Source: Candidatus Bathyarchaeota archaeon
GTDB taxonomy: Archaea > Thermoproteota > Bathyarchaeia > Bathyarchaeales > Bathycorpusculaceae
Length of the DNA: 64,000 nt
Assembly (NCBI GenBank): GCA_963815095.1
Contig: CAWFFH010000003.1
Span: forward strand, 1,467,541-1,531,540
Direction of reading: 5' to 3'
The notes below the pieces were generated by a model. That model saw only the letters and a list, made by a program, of their open reading frames with translations. It did not search any database and was not told the origin of the DNA. Of this stretch, positions 45,220 to 55,647 are shown one piece after another; position 1 is the stretch's first letter, and each line of letters starts with the position of its first letter. The position numbers were made by a program, and so were the translations under genes.

Positions 45220-45280
45220 GAACAAAGGCAAAAACTTAGGCAAGTGACTTTTTAGAATATCTTAGGAGGTGTAACAAATT

Positions 45281-45478
45281 ATGCCAGAACAAAAAATAGA
45301 CGTCAAAGAACAGATAGAGAAGATGGGTGAGAAATGGAGTGAATTCCAGAAGACTTGGGTTTCTCACTTCAAAGACATGGAAGTAGATGTATTAGAATGG
45401 AACTTTGGAGTGGGAAAAACCGGCGAAGACACCATCTTTGAAATGAAAGCAAAGGTCGCAGTAAGACAAAAGAAGTAA
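45281..45478 (+). CDS. 65-aa hypothetical protein (paralog of 22193..22390)
   Basis: GGAGGTG SD; duplicate. Confidence 0.85.
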   Translation: MPEQKIDVKEQIEKMGEKWSEFQKTWVSHFKDMEVDVLEWNFGVGKTGEDTIFEMKAKVAVRQKK

Positions 45479-46234
45479 TAACCCTTAACGCACATGGGTG
45501 AACAAACAACCTGTTTCGTTAAGAACCAAGATTCTTTTTTTCTTTCTGGCTTAGCCCTTCTTCTATTTGTTCCCTACTGATTAGATAGGCATGAGCTTTA
45601 TCCAAGACATTATCACTCTGTGCGATTGCAGCGGGCATTGAGGCTTCAACGGGGTGCCCTCGCAGAAGATAATTGTTTTGAATGAAAGATCTTAAAAGTC
45701 AACAATCCTTCACTTGTGACAATAATCAAGGATTATTACGAAACAATTTGGGGACAAACGTCAGAAACACCAATAAAAAAAATGGTGGAAAAAAATCTTA
45801 CCCCAAAAACCGTAACCATTTACTAATAGTCGCTTGTCAAGGTTGAATATTTTTCCCATATTGGCGTTCTCAGCAAGTTGTTTTCAAGTATTGATCAAAA
45901 GCACGAATATGTTTAGGGTAGTTTTTTGTAAAAAAACTTGTTTTCTGTCTCTATGTCTGCATAGAATAGAGTCTCAAAATGAAGTTCCACATATTCGCTT
46001 CTTGACCTTTTTGCTTTGAGGCTTCCTTGAATAGTTTCTCTTTACGCGATTGGAAAGGGCTATACTCACTGGATTGTCTCCGTATAATAACTTAGCCTTT
46101 ACTGGTTTCACACCCTAAATGGTGCAAGTCTCTATGGACTTATCCCCGACCGAGTCTGAGTCATTCTTTTTAAGATGTTCTTAGTCAATGGGGGATCCCA
46201 GCACCAATTTGCCAGTAAAAATGAAACCCCCTTA

Positions 46235-47152
46235 TCAGACATTCTGGTCTAGTTCTTTTGCAAGCTCTTCCAGAAGGGTCTTTTGACGTTGAGTTATCTT
46301 TTTAGGGACAACCACATTCACGCGGACGCGCAGATCACCTCTGCCATATCCGCCCATTCTCGGCATGCCTCTGCCTCTAACCCTCAGAATCTGTCCAGGC
46401 TGTGTTCCAGGATGAATTTTCAGTCCAGCTTTTCCTTCGATTGCCGGTATGGTGACTTCCGCGCCTAACGTGGCTTGAGAGATGCTAACATATAGATTGT
46501 ATAACAGATCGTCGCCATCTCTTTTGAAGTATTGATGAGGCATCATGTGAATCATTATGTATAAATCTCCTGAGGGGCCTCCGTCCTGGGCTGCGTCTCC
46601 TTGTCCTTCAAGCCTTAGCTGGTATCCTTCAGATATCCCAACTGGTATTTTTACCGTAATCTTTCGCTCCTTTTTTACAAGTCCTTTTTGGGATCTCTCA
46701 ATTCTTGGGACCATAATTTCCTTTTCAACACCGCGTGTTGCTTCCTCAAGGGTTATGTAAACTTCGTAGCCCAAGTCTCTGCCACGGATGGTTCTTTTTC
46801 TTTCTACAAAGTCTTGACCATCAAAGAAAACACTAAAAAGATCCCCAAAGCCTGAGCTGACGCCCATGTCGCGAAATATCGAGTCAAAGTCAGCCCCTCG
46901 GAAAATGTCCTCTCGACTATATCTTTGATCAAATCCAGTGCTGCCCAAATTGTCAAACTGTTTTCGTTTCTCATCATCCGACAGCACTGCATAGGCTTCA
47001 GATATCTCTTTGAACTTCTCTTCAGCTCCCGGAGACTTGTTTCTGTCAGGATGATATTGCATGGCTAGTTTCCTGTAGGCGTCTTTTATCGCGTCTTTGG
47101 ACGAGCCCTTTGGAATTCCTAGTATCTCGTAGTAACTCTTTTTTTCAGCCAT
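46235..47152 (-). CDS. DnaJ/CbpA-type co-chaperone without zinc finger
   Basis: J-domain HPD and C-terminal DnaJ domain; no CxxCxGxG repeats. Confidence 0.92.
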   Translation of the reverse strand: MAEKKSYYEILGIPKGSSKDAIKDAYRKLAMQYHPDRNKSPGAEEKFKEISEAYAVLSDDEKRKQFDNLGSTGFDQRYSREDIFRGADFDSIFRDMGVSSGFGDLFSVFFDGQDFVERKRTIRGRDLGYEVYITLEEATRGVEKEIMVPRIERSQKGLVKKERKITVKIPVGISEGYQLRLEGQGDAAQDGGPSGDLYIMIHMMPHQYFKRDGDDLLYNLYVSISQATLGAEVTIPAIEGKAGLKIHPGTQPGQILRVRGRGMPRMGGYGRGDLRVRVNVVVPKKITQRQKTLLEELAKELDQNV

Positions 47153-47332
47153 TAATTTTTCCTTCGTATCTTATGCTGGCAAGTTTGTTTGCTCTAAAGA
47201 GATTAGTTCAGCGTCCTACAAATAATCTACTGAGTAATGCGCGATTTTAAACTCTGTGTGCGCGCTAATGCAGGCGCACTTTTAAAAGTCAAACCCTTAT
47301 GTTGTAACCATCAATCGTTTGGATGATAGAAA

Positions 47333-48007
47333 ATGGGACTAATAAGCTCCATTATGGTGCGGTTGCTTAAAGCACAACCATTTGAAAGTCAAGCACTTGA
47401 CACTATAGCCGAGAGTATGAAAGCAACTTCAATCATCAAAAAAGATCGATTCCACCGCTACTATAAATCAAGTATTCTTCCCATTCCTTGCTTAGCCTAC
47501 TCTGACTCGCTTGTCTTTAACTCAAATTATTACCAAATGCTTTCGACTGATGAGGTTCTTGCTATTGGCGCCCACGAATTTAATCACATAGCAAAAAGGC
47601 ATATTGCAAAAAGGTTACCTCGAACGGTTCTTCCTGCTGCAGTGCTTGCTGTTGTGATAGGTTACCTGTTTTTTATTAACTCTGCCTCATTTCTGTCCAT
47701 TGCATCGACAGTAGTTCTGTCTTTCCTTTTCTTTTTGTTTGGTTCGTACTATGTTAACGCTAAATGGTTTAGAAAACAAGAAGCTGAATCTGACCTTAGT
47801 GCCGTTGAGTTCGTTAATGGGTCCGCCATGATTTCTGCCCTGGCGAGGCTTCGCCCACAAAAAATAAGTTGGCTTTCTAAATTAATTCCTCATACTCATC
47901 CAACAATAGATCAAAGAATACATAATATTCAAACTGTTATGAGCACTAAAAATTCATTTAGCTTTACTGTCACTTTTGGTGATGGGTCGCAGTCTAGTTT
48001 GGTCTAG
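47333..48007 (+). CDS. M48-family zinc metalloprotease
   Basis: AHEFNH, E..SD and THP...RI motifs. Confidence 0.85.
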   Translation: MGLISSIMVRLLKAQPFESQALDTIAESMKATSIIKKDRFHRYYKSSILPIPCLAYSDSLVFNSNYYQMLSTDEVLAIGAHEFNHIAKRHIAKRLPRTVLPAAVLAVVIGYLFFINSASFLSIASTVVLSFLFFLFGSYYVNAKWFRKQEAESDLSAVEFVNGSAMISALARLRPQKISWLSKLIPHTHPTIDQRIHNIQTVMSTKNSFSFTVTFGDGSQSSLV

Positions 48008-48222
48008 AATATGAAATTACATCTGATGTCGTAAATATAGATAAGCTACTTTTGGGAAAACATAAACTTGGTATGAGAGAGATATTTTTTGAAGAAGAGA
48101 ATCCTGAACCAATCACGGGATATATCTAAAAAAATCCATTGCTAATATTCAAAAGACTTGCTCAGAAAACTGACCAATTTTGTTCTCCATGTGAAAAATC
48201 GTCACCTATGTTGATAACTAAA

Positions 48223-48351
48223 TTATTTTTCCTTTTGTCTTTTTAACGCAGATTCTTGTTTTCTTAGGGCTTCCTTGGCGTCTCCTAATGTAACAACTTC
48301 AACGGTGTTTCCAGCGATAACGACTTTAAATGCTACCATTTCTAATCCCAT
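48223..48351 (-). CDS. 42-aa hypothetical protein
   Basis: AGGTGA SD then MGLEMVAFKVVIAG... Confidence 0.5.
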   Translation of the reverse strand: MGLEMVAFKVVIAGNTVEVVTLGDAKEALRKQESALKRQKEK

Positions 48352-48381
48352 TTCTATTCACCTACCATGTTTGTACTTAGT

Positions 48382-48555
48382 TTAACGCTTCCTCGGGTTC
48401 AACGCACAGCCTTCACAGATACATTGACGAAAGCATTCCTGTTCATCAAAACAAACATATTCGGGCTCGGGTTGCGTTCCACTAAAAGATACAAAAGATT
48501 CTTCTACAACCAATTCAACCGTATCTTTCTCGTCATGTATCGGTTTTTTCTTCAT
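48382..48555 (-). CDS. 57-aa protein with Cys-rich C-terminus
   Basis: Manual translation MKKKPIHDEK...YVCFDEQECFRQCICEGCALNPRKR. Confidence 0.5.
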   Translation of the reverse strand: MKKKPIHDEKDTVELVVEESFVSFSGTQPEPEYVCFDEQECFRQCICEGCALNPRKR

Positions 48556-48724
48556 TCTATATCAAATATACTGTTTTAGTTAGCAACTTAAGACCTATGA
48601 ACCTCGAATCAATATTTGAAATAAACAACAATGCAACCAAAGCAACCAAGAAAAAACGTCGTGACAGGCAGTAGCTCTTCAGCTTATACCAATAAAGCAA
48701 AAGTAACTCGTGTTGACTTATTGG

Positions 48725-48875
48725 AGTTTTTCTCCGCACATGGGCAAGCCCCAACTTTTTTGAGTTGATCTAAGGTCATTCCTATGTTGCACTTATAGCA
48801 GAGGCGTATTTTACACTTTTGACAGCAGAAGGTAGCACCTGCGTGCCACAAGCATCACACGTTTTAAAGACACAA
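48725..48875 (-). pseudogene. frameshifted paralog of the 24888..25058 zinc finger
   Basis: KTCDACG / FCCQKCKIRLCYKC...GACP across frames. Confidence 0.6.
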
Positions 48876-49147
48876 TCATTACACAATAAATCTCGCTTCT
48901 TTCCTCATTAAAAAAAGAAACCTGCTTATAGGTAATGTCAACTGGTGAACAGCACTTTCAACCTGGATTTAATCTTCGTTTCCCAACTGGTTTAAACAAA
49001 AAAATGGTTAATAATCAAGTTTTTCCAAAAGTCTCTATCCTCAGCGAATTTGTTTAGCTTCGCAGGCTACACCAACCGAAAAGGTGTTTGAGGCTGTTAA
49101 CCAACAGAGGCAGACATGTCTAAGCGGTTACTAATAATTTAATAGAT

Positions 49148-49219
49148 TTATTCCCATCCTTCGTCGTCGAACTCTTCATCTTCAGTTTCTTCCCATTCCT
49201 CTTCTTCATCGAATGTCAT
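49148..49219 (-). CDS. 23-aa hyperacidic peptide
   Basis: GAGGTGA SD then MTFDEEEEWEETEDEEFDDEGWE*. Confidence 0.55.
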   Translation of the reverse strand: MTFDEEEEWEETEDEEFDDEGWE

Positions 49220-49976
49220 ATCCTTTTTCACCTCAAACGAAACTGGACAAGTTACTTACATTGAACGTCATAAGCCTTTACTTTCGACAAACGACGTTGA
49301 AAGTCACATATGGGACGGTTTCCGAGCGATGTCAGTTTTTGTACCGGGATGGGTTTTTGAGTTGAGGTTCGAATCTCTTCCCCGACGCTATTTTTTAAAG
49401 ACTGATCAGGAACGAAGTTGAACTGGATGCCTTAATGGATAAATCGGGTTCGAACCTGAACCAAGGCAGGTCTCTACGATTCTGCGCCCAAAAGGGTTGT
49501 AACTTTTTAATAGTTTTATAACTTTTCGAATTTTGCTGTAAGATTTAAACGCTCTCCGGGAATGCCTGGACATGAAAAAAATATTTATAGACAAAATAAA
49601 TTAAATTGGGCCAGCTCTACGCTAACGCACTCCAGATCAAGTAGATTGGTTTATGTTACTGTTGGTGCCGAGGGCTAGCTTGAAACCGTCGTTTAAACCG
49701 TCGGTACAACATAATCCAAAAAACAGGGCAGGTCGTACCGGGCTTAACCCCTTCACGGTATGAGTTCCTAACTCAAACTTATTGAATAACACTAATCTTA
49801 GAAAATTTTGACCAAGGTTTCAAAAACTATAGCGCTGAAAGGGGGCTCCCAACACCAATCAACCAATAAGAATTAGATGCAAGCAAGTCGAGCCATGCTT
49901 GAAACTTTAGGTTTGGAACCAACCGATTTAGATAACATACGAACTCCCCGCAAAAGAAAATTCTTTCAGTCCTTCG

Positions 49977-50207
49977 TTAATATAAGGTTGGATTTTGATT
50001 AATAAATTGTGCTTGCCTTTCCCTTGCACCTAGATTCTGACAAGTTATTGAAGGACCATTCTGCCATATGGATTCATATAAATTTAGAAACTCTTGGCTT
50101 GAGAGCCTCTTCTGATTTTCCATTTTTGCAACAGCTTGAGCCATTTTTTTATTTTGCTTAGTTTTGTTGATGTTTTTAAACGAATCAATTAATCTGTTTC
50201 CCAACAT
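49977..50207 (-). CDS. hypothetical protein
   Basis: 76-aa ORF, no recognisable motif. Confidence 0.4.
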   Translation of the reverse strand: MLGNRLIDSFKNINKTKQNKKMAQAVAKMENQKRLSSQEFLNLYESIWQNGPSITCQNLGARERQAQFINQNPTLY

Positions 50208-50677
50208 TAATGCCCCAGATTGAAATGCAAATCAACGATGCTTTTTGCCAAAGTATTTGGGCACTGGCACTTGGCTGCCAAAACTTTTCTCAAGAGCTAT
50301 TCGGCACTTTTTTGCTAAGTCTTTCTCGTTTTCGAATGTTATTGTTTCAGCCATGTTGAATCTACCTGTAACTAAAAACTATGATTTTGTAATGATAAAA
50401 GCTAGATTTCTGTTGGGAATATATACCAAGAACAAGCATGTTCTATTTAACTGGATTATGTCAAAAGTAGGAATATTTTGCTTGCATATTACATCAGTTT
50501 TGATAGCACAGTTGGTAAAGACACACATTCTTCATTAAGCTGCCGTTCTAGCGTGGCGGGGCTTTATGCAAACGGCTATAACGTTCTTTTGGTTTATTGT
50601 TTTGATGTTTTTTATGAATGTATCAGTTGTTTTGGGTCATCCTAACAAATTCAGTTTTAATCATTCGTTTGCAAAGG

Positions 50678-51247
50678 CTACGGTGGAGATGCTTGAGCAG
50701 ATGGGACACACACCGTTAAGCAGCCGTCGAGAGCAAATTCGCCCATTGGAATTTTTATCAGATCACAGAATTCTTTCTCCTTCTCTAATTCTTGGGTTAT
50801 AGAAAGAAACTTGAGACCTAATCCTGAGGCTGCAGCTTTCAGCCACATATTTTGAAGACAATGGGCTAAAGAAAGATGCTCAACTCGAGGAATCCCCCGT
50901 TGTTCAGCTATTACGATGTAGTATGGTCCTTTTCCTATATTTGGCGTTCCATTTTCGCCTTCCAATTTGATCCGTTCTAAAAAAGGCCCTGCATGCTGAT
51001 TGGTGAATTCGTCGAGTTGCATTTGGGTTTCTATTTCTTTGCTCCAAGATTCAGCTTTACGTTTCATTATTGCAACAATTTGAGCTGTCGCTTTGCTTTC
51101 TCTTAGAATATCTATAAACCTTCTGAAATCTTCTCGTGATACACTTGCGACGGCATAAGAGGCTAATATTCCTGCTTGAAGAATTTGTACTATCAAATCT
51201 CTTGGGGGAGTTTCTGTCTTAAACTTTCTAATTGCCCCCCTGTACAT
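50678..51247 (-). pseudogene. nitroreductase-family protein, probably degraded
   Basis: RGAIRKFK...QILQAGILA...LQNMWLKAAASGLG; N-terminus short and C-terminus aberrant. Confidence 0.75.
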
Positions 51248-51337
51248 CGAAAATGATCGTCAGTGGGATTTTAGGAAAGATTTTAATATTTTGTTAGTTT
51301 ATGGACATTTAAAATTGTTTTCTTTTTAGGTGGGTAA

Positions 51338-52754
51338 ATGAGCAAAAAACAATCTAAGAAGTTTAATGTTTTTATGAATGGAAGTCAGCCTTCCGGGCAA
51401 ATGCTCCGCGAAGGGTCTGCTCAATGGATTCTTTCGCCGTTTGTGCATCTATTTAATATTGATGAATCGACGAAGTGTCTTTTCAATTCTTTAACTCTAA
51501 AGAAGGTATATTTAACCAACAAAAAGTACGAAAAAGTTTTATCAGATCTGAGTAAAGGCGAGTGCAGTAAGGATGTCAAAGAATTAATTGAACTAAAATT
51601 TGTGGTGCCTCAGGGATTTGATGAGGAAAAAGTTTTTGATACTGTTGCAACCAGCTTGCTTAGAAAAAAACCAGACCCAAGTCTTGCCTACATTTTGGTG
51701 ACTGACTTCTGCAATTTCCGATGCGGCTATTGCTTTATCGAAAACAATCTAAAAGGACCGAGCTCCGTGATGTCTAAGGATTTGGCTGACAAAGTCATAA
51801 ACGCCTTAATCAACGAGGCAAAGCAAGTTCCAGAATTCAGGGTTACATTTTATGGGGGAGAGCCGTTTAGCAATAGCGAAATTGTCTTCTATATTATTGA
51901 AAAGCTTGAACAGGCATCTAAGAAATTCATTGTTTTCATGTGTAACAAATGGAAGCCTAATAACCGAAGAAATAGCTAAACAACTTAAACAACACAACGT
52001 TGGTGTAGGATTGTCGCTAGATGGATGGGCCAACATTGACAAAAACCGCGTTTTCACCGATGGAAAAGAAACCTTTTACCAAGCTCTCAAAGCCTTAGCT
52101 ATTCTAAAAGAAGCAGGCGTAAACGCAGGAATATCGTGCACAATCACAAAACAGAATTATATGCATGCAGAAGAAATAGTAGAATTTATCCAGAAATTGG
52201 GAGTCAGAACCATAGGCTTCAACTTGTTGACCAGACTTAAAGAGCCAAGCAAATTTGAAGTGCCTGACCCAAAACAACTCGCCCATCATCTTTTCGCAGC
52301 TTACTTAAAAGCAAAAGAATTGCACATGTTTGAAGATCGCATTGATAATCGGCGAGCAAATTATTTTTTCAAAGAAATATTTCACTTGTACGATTGCCCC
52401 GCTTTTGGTCAACTAATATTTTTTTCGCCAACCGGAACAGTAGGTCCTTGCCACGCGTTCTATCCCTCTGGGAAATATCAAATTCCAATCAAAGATGATT
52501 TGAAAATTCAAGAAGAACCATTATTTCACAAATGGCTGGAAATAGGCACTCTAAAAAATAAAGACTGCATGAGGTGTGCGGCGATTGGAATTTGTGGCGG
52601 AGGATGTGCCTACGATATCTATGTTAAAACTGGTCAACTTGGCATAAAAGAAGACTACTTCTGTATTTTTCAAAATGAAATACTAAAGCTCCTAATTTCA
52701 TACAATTTCTTGCTGGAATCTCAAAAAACCGAAGTTGCAAAAGTCAAAAGTTAA
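51338..52754 (+). CDS. radical SAM/SPASM peptide maturase, +1 frameshift near 51925
   Basis: CNFRCGYC, FYGGEP | VTNGSLIT, SLDG; SPASM C...GPC...CMRCAAIGICGGGC...FC; ~90-aa N-terminal extension (possible RRE). Confidence 0.88.
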
Positions 52755-52908
52755 AGAATTTGCAATAATCCAGCCCTGATTTACTTTACAATAAACATTA
52801 AATAAAACGACTTAATACATCAATGTAGTGATTGTTTTTGTCAAAAAATAAACGAATACCTCAACTCTTCCTTAAAAAAACCAAATAGCTGTTCCATCGG
52901 AAAAAAAA

Positions 52909-53256
52909 TTGACTCCAGCACAAAAGAAGCGTTTACAGAAAACTTTGGCAAAAATGCCAACTATTGAGAAACTGGATCCTAAAATGTATGCAAAACTGCA
53001 GTCAACAATACGAGATGCTGTAGCAAAAACCTTACCGGAATATCAACAATGGGTAAATTCTTCATTGGTAGCAGCCGATGATTGCCCGACAGAACTCTGT
53101 AGCGCCTGTGCCAACCAATGTCCAACAGAATTGTGCAGTGCATGTAGCAACCAGTGTCCCACACCAACTAAAGGCGTTGATGATATTGTTGTGAATGCTG
53201 TCAACGAGGCTATGTTGGGAGCTATTCGTAAAGCTTTGCACGAACAGTTCAAATAA
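52909..53256 (+). CDS. putative RiPP precursor 1 (7-Cys repeat core)
   Basis: AADDCPTELCSACANQCPTELCSACSNQCPTP between helical leader and follower; the start homologous to precursor 2 (52832) is out of frame across an A7 run. Confidence 0.78.
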   Translation: MTPAQKKRLQKTLAKMPTIEKLDPKMYAKLQSTIRDAVAKTLPEYQQWVNSSLVAADDCPTELCSACANQCPTELCSACSNQCPTPTKGVDDIVVNAVNEAMLGAIRKALHEQFK

Positions 53257-53378
53257 GAAGCAGCTTTATGGTCCAAAAACCGAAGTGCGATCTACTGAAA
53301 AAACATCTCTCCTATTTACGCCACAAATATATTAGCAACCATAAAAACCCGTCCTATAGACTGTTCAAATGATCTAAA

Positions 53379-54969
53379 TTGCCTATTTTTCTTTGCATTC
53401 CACCAGTTTCTTCTTTAATTCCATATCCAGCAATTCCATACTTGACAAGCCGCCTGAGAGCAAATAATCAAAAGGTAAGTACCTTTGATCTAAACATAAA
53501 GGCTTTCAACCTAACTCTTTTCCATCAGAGAATAGATATTAAACCTGGAGAAATTCTAAGCAAAAGTAACAACACGAAAAGGGCGAAATGGAAAAGAGTT
53601 CCTAAAGCAGAGATTTATTCGACCATGCGAGAAGGCCAAACAATTTTTGAAGAAATAATGTTACAAGAGGCTTATGAACAACTAGGCTATGACATTTCAA
53701 ACTTAATTTTCAAAGAGATTATTAGTGAAGAATCAAGGCAGGCAACATTGTCGGATGTTTGGAAAATTTGTAATGACTGGTTTTTAGAAGTTGCCCAAGA
53801 TTCCAAAAAGCAAAACATAGTGGGATTTCATGTAATAAGCCATACTGGTTTAATGTGGAGCTTACTTTTGGCACATAAATTAAAGAAAATTCAGCCAAGA
53901 ATTTTGACAGTTTTGGGCGGTCCAGCATTATTTTCAGCAGAAGAAATTTTGTCTGTCAATTCAGAAATTGACGTAATAGTTCGAGGGGAGGGCGAGGTTA
54001 CGATTTCTGAGATAGCTAATTCTTATGACGGTAGTTTGGAATCAATAAAGGCAATCGATGGAATTTCCTACAGAACTGATAAAAACGGAATTGTTTCCAA
54101 CGCTGATCGACAGTTGATTAAATCTCTTGATGTTTTGCCTTTTCCCGATTACGATGATTTACCATTACATGAATATCCTCAGAACAAGTTTGGAATGCCT
54201 GTTATGCCGGTTGTCGGCTCTAGAGGCTGTATTGGAGATTGTGTTTTTTGTGTTGAAAAACGTTTATGGGGCAACACGTATCGGATGCGCTCACCAGAAA
54301 ACATCGTTTCGGAAATCAAGAATATCAAAGAAAAATACGGACCTTCCATCATTCGATTCAATGACAGCTCGATTAATTGCAACATCAAATCGCTTGAAAA
54401 ACTCTGCGATTTATTGATTGAAGAGAATATCGGAATGCAGTGGACCTGCAACGCCAGAATTCGTCCTGAAATGAACACCAAACTGCTTAGGAAAATGCGA
54501 CAAGCGGGTTGTATGGGCTTGTGGTTTGGCATAGAATCTGGGTCCCAGAGAATTCTGCGTAAAATGAAAAAAGGGTATTGATTTGGAAACTGCTAAAAAC
54601 GTGATCCGCGATACTGCAAAAAATGGCATTCGTGTTCAGATATTTATGATAGTAGATTTTCCGGGAGAAACTCTTGGCGATTTTAACAAGTCTGTTACTT
54701 TCTTAGAACAAAACCACCAATTTATTGACCAAGTCAGCGTTTCACGGTTTGGGGTCTTGCCTGATTCAGAAATTTCTCATAACCCCCAAGAATATGGAAT
54801 TGAAATAATCAAAGGAAAAACGCCGGTTAATTACAGTTATTCTTATTCGCCTACGCCCGAGAGTTACCGATTTGAAAATCTCCGTTTGGTTTGGAATCGC
54901 TTAAGCATGGAAAAAACAGCAGGCTCAAAAAGAAATTATCCCCTAAAAATAATTGTTCCATATTACTGA
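53379..54969 (+). CDS. B12-binding radical SAM enzyme (class B methyltransferase-like), +1 frameshift near 54575
   Basis: LGGP...VIVRGEGE, SRGCIGDCVFC, FGIESGSQRIL..MKKG | IVDFPGET. Confidence 0.88.
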
Positions 54970-55019
54970 GTTTATTTTCACGAAAACGTCTCCTAGCTTA
55001 GTCTTAATGTTAACCATTT

Positions 55020-55071
55020 AAACCATAAATATTATCTTGAGAGATCATAAAGAGAGCAGTGATTGTTTTTG
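55020..55071 (+). promoter_or_regulatory. duplicated promoter/leader block (second copy 55599-55650)
   Basis: aaaccataaatattatcttgagagatcataaa identical upstream of precursor 2 and of the core-less paralog; contains TATA-like ATAAATA. Confidence 0.7.
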
Positions 55072-55464
55072 TCAAAAAATAAATCTACGCCTAACTATTC
55101 CACAAAAAACCTGACCCCAGCACAAAAGAAACGTTTAGAGAAAACCTTGGCAAAAATGCCCCCTATTGAAAAACTGGATCCTGCTGTTTATGCAAATTTG
55201 CAGTCATCGATACGTGATGCCATAGCAAAGACTTTGCCGGAATATCAGAAGTGGGTAAATTCTTCATTGATAGCAGCCGACGATTGCCCCCCGCCGACAC
55301 CTGTATGTAGTTCTTGTAGCAACGATTGCCCCACGCAGCTTTGTAGTTCATGCAGTAACGACTGCCCAACTCCAAATAGAAAACTGGACAATATGGTTGT
55401 TAATGCTGTCAACGAGGCTATGATGGAAGCAATTCGTCAAGCTTTAAAAGAGCAGTTCAAATAA
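55063..55464 (+). CDS. putative RiPP precursor 2 (7-Cys repeat core)
   Basis: AADDCPPPTPVCSSCSNDCPTQLCSSCSNDCPTP; leader and follower highly similar to precursor 1. Confidence 0.8.
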   Translation: MFLSKNKSTPNYSTKNLTPAQKKRLEKTLAKMPPIEKLDPAVYANLQSSIRDAIAKTLPEYQKWVNSSLIAADDCPPPTPVCSSCSNDCPTQLCSSCSNDCPTPNRKLDNMVVNAVNEAMMEAIRQALKEQFK

Positions 55465-55647
55465 AAAGCAGCTTTACAGTCAGAAACCAAACGCAATAAA
55501 CTGAAAAACAGCTCGCCCATTTACACAACAAAGGTGTAGTGGCCACTATTTTTCTTTGCAATCCGCCAGTTTCCTCTTTGATTCCATATAACTGCAAAAA
55601 ACCATAAATATTATCTTGAGAGATCATAAATAGAGCAGCGATTATTT

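Noticed and set aside
47333-48007. M48 peptidase as the leader protease
   Set aside because: 3.3 kb away and separated by att-like remnants; no evidence of linkage
50678-51247. Nitroreductase as the azole-forming dehydrogenase of the RiPP cluster
   Set aside because: Divergent, apparently degraded, and no YcaO enzyme is present
53083-53160. CRISPR-like 36-bp repeats
   Set aside because: In-frame coding repeats with no spacers and no cas genes
54578-54580. Selenocysteine or stop read-through at the B12-rSAM TGA
   Set aside because: The continuation is in the +1 frame, so it is a frameshift rather than read-through
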